Shown one piece after another: positions 1 through 14,556 of a DNA stretch of 64,000 bases; position 1 is the stretch's first letter, and every line of letters begins with the position of its first letter. The stretch is from Octopus vulgaris. Taxonomy: Eukaryota. A program made the position numbers and the translations under genes. The notes beneath the pieces were generated by a model. That model was not told the origin of the DNA. It saw nothing but the letters and a program-made list of their open reading frames with translations, and searched no databases. The DNA lies in the NCBI GenBank assembly GCA_951406725.2, contig OX597818.1:34162001-34226000 (forward strand). The letters run 5' to 3'.

Positions 1-170
1 ATGCAAGAATATCTGTATGTATGTATGTTATGCTTTAGTTTTCTGATTAGAGTTATCTTGACTGACCACCTGCTCCGTGGCAAAGATCTAAAGAAAAGGT
101 GAGTGTGTATGAGCGTGTGCGTATGTTTTGAGTATGTATGCGTACATATATATATATATATATATATATA

Positions 171-210
<40 letters not shown>

Positions 211-254
211 CATTATTATCATTATTATTATTATTATTATTATTATCATTATTA

Positions 255-288
<34 letters not shown>

Positions 289-290
<2 letters not shown>

Positions 291-554
291 TATACGCCCT
301 TTTCAAGCCTAGGCCCGGTTTCTCGGTTTGTATGGCATATGTGTGTGTCCCCCCCCCCCCAGCGTTACTCAAGAAACAGGAAGAAAAAGTGAGAGAAAGT
401 TGCGGCGAAAGGGGTCGCCACTACCCTCTGCCGGAGCCTCGTGGAGCGTTTTATGTGTTTTCGCTCAAACACACACAACGCCCGGTCTGGGAATCGAAAC
501 TGCGATCCTCCGACCGCGAGTCCGCTGCCCTAACCACTGGGCCTTTGCTCCTCC
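289..554 (-). mobile_element. tRNA-derived SINE (family C head, same tail as 53620-53929)
   Basis: Minus strand reads GGAGGAGCAAAGGCCCAGTGGTTAGGGCAGCGGACTCGCGGTCGGAGGATCGCAGTTTCGATTCC (A and B boxes). Near-identical heads occur at 13452, 43972 and 53620. Confidence 0.8.
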
Positions 555-1109
555 ACACACACAAACATATATATATATGTATGTACATATATATGTATAT
601 ATGTATATGTATATGTACATACATACATACATACATACATACATACATACATACATACATACATACATACATACATACATACATACATACATACATACAT
701 ACATACATACATGCATACATACATACGTAAATGTATATCCATTAACTGAGGTTCTGTTCCTTTCTTACTCTTTATGGAATTATTCATTCACTCTTTAAAA
801 CATATCCGGCAGATTTTGTTGTCTTAGCGATACTGTTCAACTGTAGCGTATGACAAATGAAACCAAATTCTTTCTTCGATAATCTTAGTCCAGTCATACT
901 TTGATCCAAGAGAATTCGTATATATTATTCTTCTCCAATGATAATAGATATAAAATTGAAAGTTTATTTTGGGTGCCAGTTCTGTAGTCTCCTAATTAAT
1001 GGCCCTACACGTGCCCACGGTGCCATGCAATGGAAGTGAACCTAGAACCATCTGGTTAGAAAGCAAGCTTTTTACTACACAGTCACGCCTGCCCTATATT
1101 GTGCATATA

Positions 1110-1560
1110 AGTTAAAGACCCCCATCGGTCACGAATGACCATGGGATTACACATAGAAAGTTACCCTCCAAAGCACATGTCCTGAGCAAGGACGTTTATG
1201 GAAGACCAGTACTAGCCTGGTGGTTGGTATGAAGACCAGTACTAGTCTGGTGGTTGGTATGAAGACCAGTACTAGCCTGGTGGTTGGTATGAAGACCAGT
1301 ACTAGTCTGGTGGTTGGTATGCATGGGCCATGCATACCAACCACCCTTTTCCGTGCCACCGATGTTATCCAAGGGAAAGGCAAAGGCCGGTACAGCTTGG
1401 CACTAGTGACGTTGCAGCTCATTTCTACGGCTGAGTGAACTGGGGCATAGGAGAGGATAAATAAAAATCTTGCTCAAGAAAATAACACAGCCCGGTCCGG
1501 GAATCGAACTCACTACCACGTAATTGTGAGCCCGACGCTCTAACCACTGAGCCATGCGCC
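1110..1560 (-). mobile_element. tRNA-derived SINE with internal tandem expansion
   Basis: Minus-strand head GGCGCATGGCTCAGTGGTTAGAGCGTCGGGC...GAGTTCGATTCCCGGACCGGG. The body resembles diverged copies at 33870-34190 and 36010-36140. Confidence 0.7.
1201..1320. repeat. 4 x 30-bp tandem repeat
   Basis: Unit GAAGACCAGTACTAG(C/T)CTGGTGGTTGGTAT at 1201, 1231, 1261 and 1291. Confidence 0.95.
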
Positions 1561-2134
1561 ATATCAGCAGTCATATTCGCGAAACCCTATGAGTTAGGCA
1601 GTATCGGCAATGTCACACTAAATAACTTGCTGTGAGCAACTTCGTCATCCTTCTAATCAGGGCTGGGATGAATGAAATAAGTAGCAGCCAGCAATTGTTA
1701 CCTCCACTAAAATGTGTACCATCGTATCTATGTTGGAAAATAATATTTCCCCAAACATTTCTTACAAATGATTTCATACTTTGTTTTAAGAGGTTCTTCG
1801 GTCGATACTTGATTAGGCACAGTGGGTCAGACAAAGATGAAACAGCGGGGAGTTGTAGTCTGTCAAACACAAATGAATCAAAATAAACGTCTCTATTTCT
1901 GTGTGAATGTGCGTGTGCCCGCGTGTGTATTTGTGCGTATATACAGTAAAAATTATGGTCATCTATTATCTATCACGCCTTGCTGCTGCTCCTCTCTGTG
2001 TTCCAGTATGACTTCCCTCCCCTTACTGATAATTTCAGTTCAGTTATCAGGTTATTACGAAGACGGGCTGTCTCTGTTTGATTGTCTCTATATCGGAGAC
2101 AGAGAGTCTAGACATTTAGGACGACACAAATGAC

Positions 2135-3552
<1,418 letters not shown>

Positions 3553-4170
3553 GACTATAATGAGAAATATTAAATAGTACACACGCGTGCATTCGCGTAC
3601 GTACACGCGCCGGCACATGAGCGTGCACACAGTCTATAATGTTAAATTGTGTACCATTGTATCTATGTTAGAAAACAATGTTTCACAAAACATTCTTACA
3701 AAAGAGTTTATATTTTGTTTTAAGCGGTTCTTTGGTCTATTCTTCATTAGGCACAGTGGCTCAGACAGAGATGAAACAGCAAGGAGCTGTAGTCTATCAA
3801 ATACAATGAATCATAATAAGAGACTGTGAGAGTGTGTGTGTAGTAATAAACGGTCGTAAAATATCTGCTTCTATAAACGCTTTATTTCACTTTCTAAAAA
3901 GCAGGACCATGGTTCCATCTTCTCTTGATGGCACAACAGCTGTGACGCACGTACATTTTCTTTTTTGTTCCATGACGTCACTAATTTTCATAATTTTTTT
4001 TCTAAGCCAAATCTGAAAAACATAAAATCAGTTTCTAACTTTTACATGACTCTAAATGAAATTCAGTTTTTTGTGTTTTTTTCTTTAAGGACAATAGTAG
4101 AGGGAATTCTTCAGCTAATCCTTAGCATTTTCATAAATAAAAAAAAGGTATATGGAGAACTAATTCCATA

Positions 4171-4545
4171 TAGGTGTCGACGTGGCTGTGTGGTAAGATT
4201 TTTGCTTCCATAGTACATGGCTCTGGGTTCAATCCAACTGAATGGCACCTTGGGCAAGTATCTCCCACTATAGCCTCGGGTCGACCAAAGCCTTGTAAGT
4301 GGATTTGGTAGATGGAAACTGAAAGGATCTCGTCGTATGTGTACATGTATGTGTGTGTCCCCGCTGTGCGTGTGCGTGTGTATGCACTTGACAACCGATG
4401 TTGGTGTGTTTACGTCCCTGTAACTTAGCGGTTGGGGAAAATACACCGATAGAATAAGTATCAGACTTTAAAAAAAAAATTAGTGCTGGAGTTGATTCAT
4501 TCGACTAAACATTCTTCAAGGCGGTACCTCAGTATGGCTGCATTC
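4171..4545 (+). mobile_element. SINE family A, diverged
   Basis: Same head, CORE-like segment (GGCACCTTGGGCAAGT) and tail as the other family A copies. Confidence 0.8.
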
Positions 4546-4880
4546 TCATGGATTAATCTCCTTAGATGTTCGATTCTCACTGAGCCGTAGGGTATTTATA
4601 TATGAGGGTTTAATGAGGTGAAGAATTAAGAGGAGAAGCTGTACAAAGTTCTAACTAGCTCCCGAAGCAGATTTGCTTCAAACATTTAAATCATCCCATT
4701 TTCCTCGTTACTATCAAAACGTTCATATGATATACAATGAAATTTGAGAGCTAAAATATATTTTTCTGATTAACCAGGGTGAATTTTAGACGTCAGCGAT
4801 GTAAACTGTTATTTATTAACTGGTATAATTGTTTGGGATAGCAGACATTTTTTCTTTTCCACTTTCTTACTATCTCTCTT

Positions 4881-4948
<68 letters not shown>

Positions 4949-5257
4949 TGTATATATATGTTTGGTTGGTAGTGGGGGGACGGAGTTCTTAGAGCATTTT
5001 CATATCCTGACATAAAGATAAAAAGAACATATATTCCCAATATTCTAAAACTAGGTGTGGATATAAATACACGAGACATACGAAAGAGATGATTCAAAAG
5101 CAAGTACCAGATGGTACTCGTAAACACGACTCGTTGTCGATGCCACGGTGTGTTATGCAAATAAGCTACTGGCATTCAAATGAAATTCATCACATGTGTA
5201 TATGTATATATAAATATGTGTATGTGTGCGTGTGTGCATGTATATATATATATATAC

Positions 5258-5321
<64 letters not shown>

Positions 5322-5353
5322 GTGTGTATATGTATGTATGTATATATGCATGC

Positions 5354-5399
<46 letters not shown>

Positions 5400-5821
5400 G
5401 TACATAAATATACAAACGTATATGGATGTATATACATGTATACGGGCATATATATGGATATATGGATATGTGTATATGTGTATTTATTGCATGTATATAT
5501 GTGTGTATATATACATATACGTACGTGCAAATATATACACATGCGTATATATACATATATATATGCATGTGTATATATTTGCACGTATGTATATGTATTA
5601 TTTTGTGCATGCGTGTATGAATGCATACATAAGTATACACACATGCACACACACACATACACCAACGCACAATCAATCATACACATGAATGTTTTATACA
5701 GATACGTTTTTACCAGGAACAGATCACGTGACTCCCAGCTTTAAGCAATACTTTAGAGTTAATTATACGATTACCACTGTTCCTGCTTCCACTACTATTA
5801 ATACTACTACTACTACTACTG

Positions 5822-5925
<104 letters not shown>

Positions 5926-5929
5926 CCTT

Positions 5930-6325
5930 TCTATTATAAGCACAAGGTTTGAAATTTGCAGATAGTGGGATAAGTCGATTTCTTCGACCCCAGTGCGTAA
6001 CTGGTACTTATTTAATCGACACCGAAAGAATGAAAGGCAAAGTCGACCTCGGCAGAATTTGAACTCAGAACGTAGCAGCAGGCGAAATACCTATTTCTTT
6101 ACTACCCACAAGGGGCTAAACCCAGAGAGGACAAACAAGGACAGACAAACAGATAAAGTCGATTATATCGACACCAGTGCGTATCTGGTACTTATTTAAT
6201 CGACCCCGAAAGGATGAAAGGCAAAGTCGACCTCGGCGGAATTTGAACTCAGAACCTAGCGGCTGACGAAATACTGTTAAGCATTTCGCCCGGCATACTA
6301 ACGATTCTGCCAGCTCGCCGCCTTG
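5930..6325 (-). mobile_element. SINE family B, two tandem pieces
   Basis: Two reverse copies of GAGTTCAAATTCCGCCGAGGTCGACTTTGCCTTTCATCCTTTCGGGGTCGAT. This central segment resembles, from memory, the Meta/Sauria-type SINE domain. Confidence 0.8.
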
Positions 6326-7696
6326 AAGCGAAAGAATACTGTGCGCAAATGTGTTCATGGTGAAGAAAGCCTGCTAATTTTTGTCAGTTAAAGTGTGTAA
6401 AATAATGCTATAAAATTTGGGACGGGAATAGAAATCTGAATTCAAAATTAAAGAAGAATAAGTACGACAATGAATAGAGCTCATATTTTTTATTATTGTT
6501 ACGAATTTCTTACAATTTCTCCTAAGAATATTTACAACGGAAGAAAGAAGCTATATTTTAGAGGACTATTCGTACATGTTTATTTCTTCAAAAAATGAAA
6601 ATACTACAGGATTTAAATTCTTCAAAAGATTAAGTAACAGTTTTTAGCGACACTGCTATAAAGAGAAACAAATGAGATATAGCCATTGGCGATAGTGAAA
6701 ATCCCTGGTGTTTTAAGGATTTTAAAAAATTTACCTGTTCATATCTGTTATGCAAATGCGTCAGTATAACTACAGTTATTTCTAACAATAGGATTTGGAA
6801 TTAAAGCGAAAAATTGACTTGTTAGTTGAGAACTATACAGCGCAAATAATTAATTCGTTTTTAAAGGACCTCAAAGAAATTTTCTTGCCTTCAATATGAC
6901 GTTAATTCAACCATGAAGCTAAAGTATCATACGAGATTTAAAAGCTTGATATTGGAGTGACATTTGCACAAGAATATTATCCAAATTCGATGGTATTCTA
7001 AATCAGTCTAATCCAAATGCAATTAAGAAACAAATTTTTCTTCCTGATGCATTTACATATGCTAGCAATGTCATGGAAGCAAGTCTCGGAGAAGAATATT
7101 CAGAAGTGATGTTTTTTTTAAAAAAGAAATGGATTTTCTAAAATAAACACAAAAACTCCTAATTACAAGAAATTACGATTAGTTACAAATGGAAACCATA
7201 ATTGAACCCCAGGCTATATATAATAAAAAATAAAGGTTTAAAATTCAGCACACATTAGTATCAACAGACAAGATATTTACTGAACACAGTAAACAAGAAC
7301 CAACGTTTCTTATTAGATTCATTAGTCCGGGGTAGTTTTGGCTGAGGTGACACACAACAAGGTCGAAACGTCGATACCCTTAGGTTCCCTCACACCCAAT
7401 GGATTGAATGTTTTATATAGAGACGTTCGTCTGAAAAGTGTTCTTAAATTATGAAATGCAGCTACGCTTAGCACATTCCCGTTCGAATCCGCTAGAATAA
7501 TGAATACGTTTGTCATCGTTTTGATTCTTGCTGTTCACTAAACAGATAGCGATTTGCAAACAATAACGTGTGTGTGTGTTTGTGTGTGTACATACACACA
7601 AACATATTTACATATACACATATATATATGTGGGTGTATATATATATATAAAGTAGGCGCAGGAGTGGCTGTGTGGTAAGTAGCCTGCCTACCAAC

Positions 7697-7747
<51 letters not shown>

Positions 7748-7750
<3 letters not shown>

Positions 7751-7906
7751 CGTGGGTGTGTGGTAAGAATCTAGGTTACCAACCGCAGGGTCCAGGTTCA
7801 ATCCCACAGTATGGCACTTTGGCCAGGTGTGTCTTCTACTATAGCCTCGGGCCGACCAAATCTTTGTGAGTGAATTTGATAGACGGAAACTGAAAGAAGC
7901 CCGTCG

Positions 7907-7989
<83 letters not shown>

Positions 7990-8203
7990 CTGTCTGTGCT
8001 TGTTCACCCCCACCCCCAACATCACTTGACAACTGATGCTGGTGGGTTTACGTCCCCGTAACTTAGCGGTTCGGCAAAAGAGACCGATAGAAAAGTACTA
8101 GGCTTACAAAGAATTAGTCCTGGGGTCAATTTGCTCGACTAAAGGCGGTGCTTCAGCATGGCCGCAGTCAAATGACTGAAACAAGTAAAAGAGTAAAAGA
8201 GAA
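7748..8203 (+). mobile_element. SINE family A, full length (extra head at 7654-7700)
   Basis: Head, internal (TA)n/(TG)n and a tail ending AGTAAAAGAGTAAAAGAG. Confidence 0.85.
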
Positions 8204-8738
8204 TACATATATAAGAGAGAGGGCGAGAGAGAGAGAGACTGAGAGAAAGAGAGAGAGGGAGAGAGAGAGAGCTGCACTAGCAGCATTATGTTCGTATTTC
8301 TTTTCAGTTGGGCAGACTGACATTAAAGTATTTAAATATATTTAACAATGTATTTTATCGATGCAACGTGCCTCCAAGTCAAGTCGACGAACCCGCGACC
8401 TTATGATGAATACGCCAACACCCTAACCACTCAGCTACGTGCACATCCATGCGGACATGCATACACACATACATACATATATGCATACATGTATACACAC
8501 ATTCTTTTAGTCTTTTACTTGTTTCAGTCATTTGACTGCAGCCATGCTAGAGCACCGCCTCGAAGGGTTTTAGTCCAACAAATTGAGACCAGGACTTCTT
8601 TTTTTTTTTAAGGCTAGTATATTGGTCTATCGGTTTCTTCTGCAAAACCGCTAATGTTACGGAAAGTAAACACACCAACACTGGTTGTCAAGTGGTGAGT
8701 GGGGTACAAATAAAAACACAAAGATACGCAGATAGACC

Positions 8739-8770
<32 letters not shown>

Positions 8771-9048
8771 ATTGAGGTAATCAGATCAGATGGTTCATAT
8801 TTGTAGATATTTATTTATATATTACATTTTTTACATATATATCATATCATTCGGATTAGCGCTTGCTCCCATTCTAGTGGGTTTTCAAATATACGGTGGG
8901 CTTTTTTTCACTTTCCGACTACTGAATCCACTCACAAGACTTTGGCCTACCTGAGGCTATAGTACAAGATACCTGCTCAAAGTGTCACACAGTGGGATTA
9001 AACATGGACCCTGTGGTTGGAAAGCAAGATTCTTACCACACAGCCACG

Positions 9049-9094
<46 letters not shown>

Positions 9095-9243
9095 TATATA
9101 TATATAGCTTCCATCAACCAAATCCACTCACAAGGCTTTGGTCGGCCCGAGGCTGTAGTTGAAGACACTAACCCAAGGTGCCACGCAGTGGGAATGAACC
9201 CGGAACCATGTGGTTGGTAAGCAAGCTACTTACCACACAGCCA

Positions 9244-9720
9244 TCTATATCTCTTATTATAAAAGGCAGATTTTATCTGCCTCCCTTTGTCAGTTATAGA
9301 AATCTACAATATAGGATTTCTTCAATTACAATTTACCTAGCATTTTTAAGAGTAGAATGCATCGGGTTTTGCCAGGTCCGGTTTTTAAAATTTCAACCCC
9401 AATTAAGCAAAATTTAGAGAAAACTCACATTCTGGTGTGTATGTCAAATGCTTTTCTTAATGTGGTTTACACCACACGCAAACGCACACACACAGTGTGC
9501 AACGAATAAAATGAAACTAATTCACTGTGTGTGTGTTGACAGGTAGACAATAGAATGCGATGGCGATGTAATATTTGTTTCTGTCTATGACGCTGATAGA
9601 TACATGACTAAAATGTATGGGAAGCTAAGAGATAAGAGTGAGTGAAAATGTTCTTGGAAGAGAGTAAATAGCAAGAGAGTGATTTGAGGAAGACTTTACA
9701 TTAAATAACCGTAGTGGCTT
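9244..9720 (+). mobile_element. possible Helitron 5' fragment
   Basis: Starts A|TCTATATCTCTTATTATAAAAGGCAG, a Helitron-like TC start. No CTAG 3' end was found. Confidence 0.35.
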
Positions 9721-9736
9721 GTATATATATATATAT

Positions 9737-9990
9737 ACATAAGACAGTAAGGTGTGATTTGAGGGAGATTTGGCTGCTATTTCTGCCATGTAGGTGTCTC
9801 CCTCATAGGCTCATACATACATATATACATAGATAAGACAGTAAGGTGTGATTTGGGGGAAATTTGGCTGCTATTTCTACCAGGTCTAGCTACCATGTAG
9901 AGGTCCCCCTCATTGGCTCATATATATATACATACATAAGACAGTAAGGTGTGATTTGAGGGAGATTTGGCTGCTGTTTCTACCAGGTCT
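9737..9990. repeat. three tandem copies of a ~100-bp unit from an old dispersed repeat
   Basis: ATAAGACAGTAAGGTGTGATTTG(A/G)GGGA(G/A)ATTTGGCTGCT occurs three times. The same motif is dispersed near 17000, 18245, 39700 and 57150. Confidence 0.85.
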
Positions 9991-10351
9991 GTTAGGCCTT
10001 CTCATGTAAACTCAAGCTTTCTCATGCCTTGAACATAAGACCAAAGCAGAGAATGTATTCTTTTATTCTTCTGCTTTTTCCAGCCATTGGTCTGTGGCCA
10101 TGCTGGGGCAATGCCTTGAAGAATTGTAGTTTAATGAATCAACTCCAGTTTTATTTTTGTAAGCATTGTACTTATTCTATCTGTTTCCTTTGTCAAACCA
10201 CTAGGTGACAGGGATGTAAACAAACCAACATTCGTTGTCAAGCAGTGGTGGAGGACAATCACAAGCACAGACACGCACACACACACATACATGCATACAC
10301 ATATACACACATACATACATACATATATATATATATGTGTGTATATATATA

Positions 10352-10675
10352 TTGCAGCGTGGAAGGTGTTTGTAAGCCATTTAAGAAACACACAAAAACC
10401 GTTAGATTCACTTCAACATTTAAATTTAATTTGCCAAAATATTTTCCTCGCTTTGAGACCGCGACCTGTTCACTGACAAAAATATCGTGCTAACAGGTCG
10501 CGGTCTCAAAGCGACGAAAATATTTTGACAAATTAAATTTAAATGTTGAAGTGAATCTAACGGTTTTTGTGTGTTTCTTAAATGGCTTATAAACACCTTC
10601 AACGCTGCAACTGTTTTCGTTCCAGCACACAATCTCAGATCAAGTCACTTGCTATGCAAGTACATCTCTGTAACT
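10352..10675. mobile_element. Penelope-like/retrozyme-like repeat in inverted (fold-back) arrangement
   Basis: About 120-bp inverted arms (10352-10470 and 10492-10610). The same sequence occurs once at 21868-22070 and contains a hammerhead-like fold. Confidence 0.6.
10430..10480 (-). ncRNA. hammerhead-like fold with G3:C8 core (one stem II mismatch)
   Basis: Minus strand: UUUGUCA GUGAACA G GUCGC ggucucaaa GCGAG GAA AAUAUU U UGGCAAA. Confidence 0.5.
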
Positions 10676-10768
10676 ATATATATATTTATATATATATATG
10701 TATATTGGTAAAAACAGTAAGATAACAAAAGAAAGAAAGAGACCTCAATATTATGTAAATAGAGGAAA

Positions 10769-11162
10769 TCTTTATATATAAAAGTGAGGTTGTGTGTCTG
10801 TCTCCTACGATTTAGATTCCTAACTACTCCCACATTTTGCGGTGCAGTTTAACCAAAACCGGGTATCTTATAGTCGTGATTCATATCGAGACCGTCTGGG
10901 TATTAGCGCGCGTCTACGATGAGTCTACGATTTTAAAAAAAATTTACCATCAATTTTTCCCATTTTTAATCCATTTTTGACATATATAAGGGAAGTAACT
11001 CTCTAAAATTTATTATTAAATCTCAGAACGTGAAAAGCTACAGTAACACCCTTCCTCCTTTGTGGTTAGCCATATTGAGATGGCTATTATACTTTACATC
11101 TCTAAAAATGCTTATATAATTATTTCCCTTACAAACCCGAGCAACGCCGGGCGATACTGCTA

Positions 11163-11163
<1 letters not shown>
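10769..11163 (+). mobile_element. non-autonomous Helitron
   Basis: 5' TC, subterminal hairpin CCCGAGCAACGCCGGG and 3' CTAG, inserted between A and T with no TSD. A second copy lies at 51082-51469. Confidence 0.85.
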
Positions 11164-11227
<64 letters not shown>

Positions 11228-11470
11228 TCATATATTGCATCGTATATGGCTGGATGATTTCATAAATTATTTTCTGCTGTCAAAGTGTTAAGGACTGCTA
11301 TGTGATATTTAGATCGGAGTTGACATTTTACTTAAATATTTCAAACAGGAAGCTGGCCAGATCATAGTTTCAGCGGGACATTCCTTAAATGGAAAACGTT
11401 GTGTGTTGGTGTGTATTGTATGGTTGTGTAATGAGTATGCTTGCTTGGTATGTATGTGTGTGTGTGTGTG

Positions 11471-11522
<52 letters not shown>

Positions 11523-11824
11523 TGTGTGTGCATGTGTGTGTTCGGTGGTGCTATTTAATGAAGCGCTGCCACAAGGAGAATAAGACGATGCAAGTTGGGA
11601 TTAAAATGATGACGAATTACTACTACTACTACTACTACTATTACTACTGCTACTGCTGCTGCTGCTAATACTGCTGCTTCTGCTGCTGTTGCTGCTGCGC
11701 CCTTCTTTGATGTTGCTGCTGTTGTTGCTCTTGCTACAACTAGCACTACCACTGATGCAACTACTTTCACTACTGATGAGGATGATTATGATGATGATGA
11801 TGATGGTGGTGGTGGTGATGATGA

Positions 11825-11858
<34 letters not shown>

Positions 11859-12284
11859 GGTGGTGGTGGTGGTGGTGGTGGTGGTGGTGGTGGTGGTGGT
11901 GGTGGTGGTGGTGGTGGTGATGATGATGATGAGGATGATGATGATGATGTTTTTGCTACTGCTACCACTTTTACCACCGCTTCTATTACTATTACTACAG
12001 CTGCAACAACTGTGATTACTACTACTACTACTACCTAAAGGTGTGTTTAGGTTCATGCAATGATCATCAATGTCAGCGTGAATTAGTCACCATGACAAGG
12101 GTTCACCAGCTTCTTCTGCCAGCGTACCCCGTCCGACATTCAGGTCAGAATTGGCGAACCCGTTCTAAAGAGTCAATTGACAAAGTGACTGGAAGCTATT
12201 TTTGTGCATACCATAAAACAGACATCGGATAATTTATCATTAATTGTACCTGGAATTCAAGACTTCCAAACAGAACGTATGTAT

Positions 12285-12356
<72 letters not shown>

Positions 12357-13310
12357 ACACATATATATATATACTCTTTTACTCTTTTATTTGTTTCAGT
12401 CATTTGATTGCGGTCATGTTGAAACACTGCCTTTAGAGTCGAACAAATCGACCCCAGGACTTATTCTTTGTAAACCTAGTACATGAGAAATATGTCATTC
12501 AATGATTTTCATCAAAGATTTTAAGGACATCTACTCTATCAGAGATAAGAAGAAAAGCACATTAAAAGGAAATAAAAGATGAAAGATTATTGGCTGCAAT
12601 GCCATAGTAGCACAAGCATAGTGGTAGAAAAATGGTAGAAACGTAGTGGTAGAAACAGAACTATATTCTGTTATTCTGTTACTTGTTTCAGTCGTTTTAT
12701 TGCGGCCATGTTGGAGCACCACCCTGACGGGATTTTAGTCACAGAAATTGACTCCAAGACTTATTTTTTGTAAGCCTAGTACTTATTCTATCTATCTGTT
12801 TTGCCGAACCGATAAGTTACGGGGACGGAAACACACCAACATCGGTTGTCAAGTGATGGCTGAGGAACAAACACAGACACAAAGGTACACGTAAATAGTT
12901 GCATATACATATATAGATATACAAACACACACATGCAAACACATATATGTATATATATAAATTATACAATTTTAAGTAGAGATTATTAACTTTAACAATA
13001 CCCAGAAACAGGCTAGAAATAAAGTGCTCTAATTGAGCTAAATTCCAATTTATGATTTCAATGGAGGCAATACCAGCAGAAAACTAGAGGAACATGACCT
13101 ACTATGCAATAGAATTTTCAATATATATGTGCACTTTTATTGGGCATTAATAAATCAATATAAAGTTCCAGATAATACAGCACTAAAACACACAAGTATA
13201 TGAACATATAAATATTTAATACTTAAAAATACGCAAATATTTTAAAATATTTTAATATTTTAATATATACATATATATATACATATATATATATACATAT
13301 ATATATATAC

Positions 13311-13348
<38 letters not shown>

Positions 13349-13389
13349 TCCTATGTGAGTTATTTTTCTGAGTATACATTGTCTGGAGA

Positions 13390-13435
<46 letters not shown>

Positions 13436-13451
13436 CATAAATATATATACA

Positions 13452-13693
13452 TGGACGCGCAATGGCCCAGTGGTTAGGGCAGTGGGCTCGCGGTCGTAGG
13501 ATCGCGGTTTCAATTCCCAGACCGGGGGTGATCCCTGCTGTACTCTTTCACCACAACTTTCCCTCTCTCCTTCTTCTGTTGGCCTGCTCGCTTAGCCAGC
13601 GGGGTGGCGTCATTGAAGGCTAAAACAATGCGAAGTTCATTGTGACCAGCGATGTGTAGCAACATCTGATAGCCTGGTCTGTCACGTGATCAA

Positions 13694-13700
<7 letters not shown>
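13452..13700 (+). mobile_element. SINE family C head with alternative tail
   Basis: Head GCGCAATGGCCCAGTGGTTAGGGCAG. Tail GAAGGCTAAAACAATGC...TTGTGACCAGCGATGTG is shared with 20027-20240. Confidence 0.8.
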
Positions 13701-13730
<30 letters not shown>

Positions 13731-13736
<6 letters not shown>

Positions 13737-14556
13737 GCAAAATGGGACAAGAACGCAAAACATTCAGACAGTTACGTGGTACAAAAAGGGAACAACAAAA
13801 CATCCAGATAGACGATTCAAAGAAAACACGGACGGGTCATTCGGAGTTTTCTTTCCTCAGTCAAGCACCAGATTATCTTTACAATTTCGGCTGGCTATAC
13901 TCGAGATAGCTCCAATCTGGCCAGCCCCAAGGAAAAACTAAGCTAAGAGCATTAGATTCCTTGGAAGAAAGCAGCGAATGTATATGAAAACACGGACTGA
14001 AAAAAACGGAGAATGTTACACAAATACAAATAACAGGACATAACAATAGGTGTATTTCGACTAAGGACGAATTAAATTACGCTGGCGTGTGTGGAAGTAA
14101 AGCCTTACGGCAGGGATACAAGATTTCACAGGCACAGGGAGGAATATAGATGTTGCACAGAGAAGAGAGAGAGGTAGAGGCAGTGTGACAGAAGAAATAA
14201 GGAGGGGCAAGAAAATGGCAGGAACACAGTGAAGTGAAAAAAGGAGGGAAAGTGAGCATGAAGAGAAGGCAAGGAAACGTGAGAGAGGAGGAACGAAAGA
14301 ACGGAGGGTGGAATGGACGAAGCAAGCGTGAAAGGGCTGATAGAAAGAAGGAAAGAATTAAAAATAGAGTCGTACAAGATTTAGATAAATATGTACGTAC
14401 ACTTAAGAAACCAAAGTGTACGTACGCCGCTATATATTTTATATATATAAAAAAAATACAAAATGGGACCATAACGCAAAACATGCAGACAGTTAGGTGA
14501 TAAGAAAAAAGGGACAACAAAACATCCAGATAGACGATACAAAGAAAACAAGGACT
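13731..14556. mobile_element. repeat with ~110-bp direct terminal duplication (Penelope pseudo-LTR-like)
   Basis: AAAATGGGAC...AAAACATCCAGATAGACGAT.CAAAGAAAAC at about 13739 and 14460 (period about 721), next to (TA)n. Confidence 0.45.

Noticed and set aside
88-798. Long overlapping ORFs (poly-I, YIHT repeats) here and throughout the window
   Set aside because: They are translations of (TA)n, (ATT)n, (CATA)n, (CA)n and (GATA)n microsatellites that simply lack stops.
1201-1320. CRISPR-like regular repeats
   Set aside because: Units are contiguous with no unique spacers, there are no cas genes, and the context is a eukaryotic SINE.
6360-7240. AT-rich coding-looking stretch
   Set aside because: Stops in all frames and no motif I can assign. 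It may be a decayed element but cannot be supported.
12050-12285. Possible coding exon in a unique island
   Set aside because: Weak acceptor and no recognisable peptide.
13830-13935. Hammerhead-like pieces (CTGAGGA...CGAA and GGCTGGC/GCCAGCC-GAAA) on the minus strand
   Set aside because: Core halves and stems do not assemble into one valid hammerhead.
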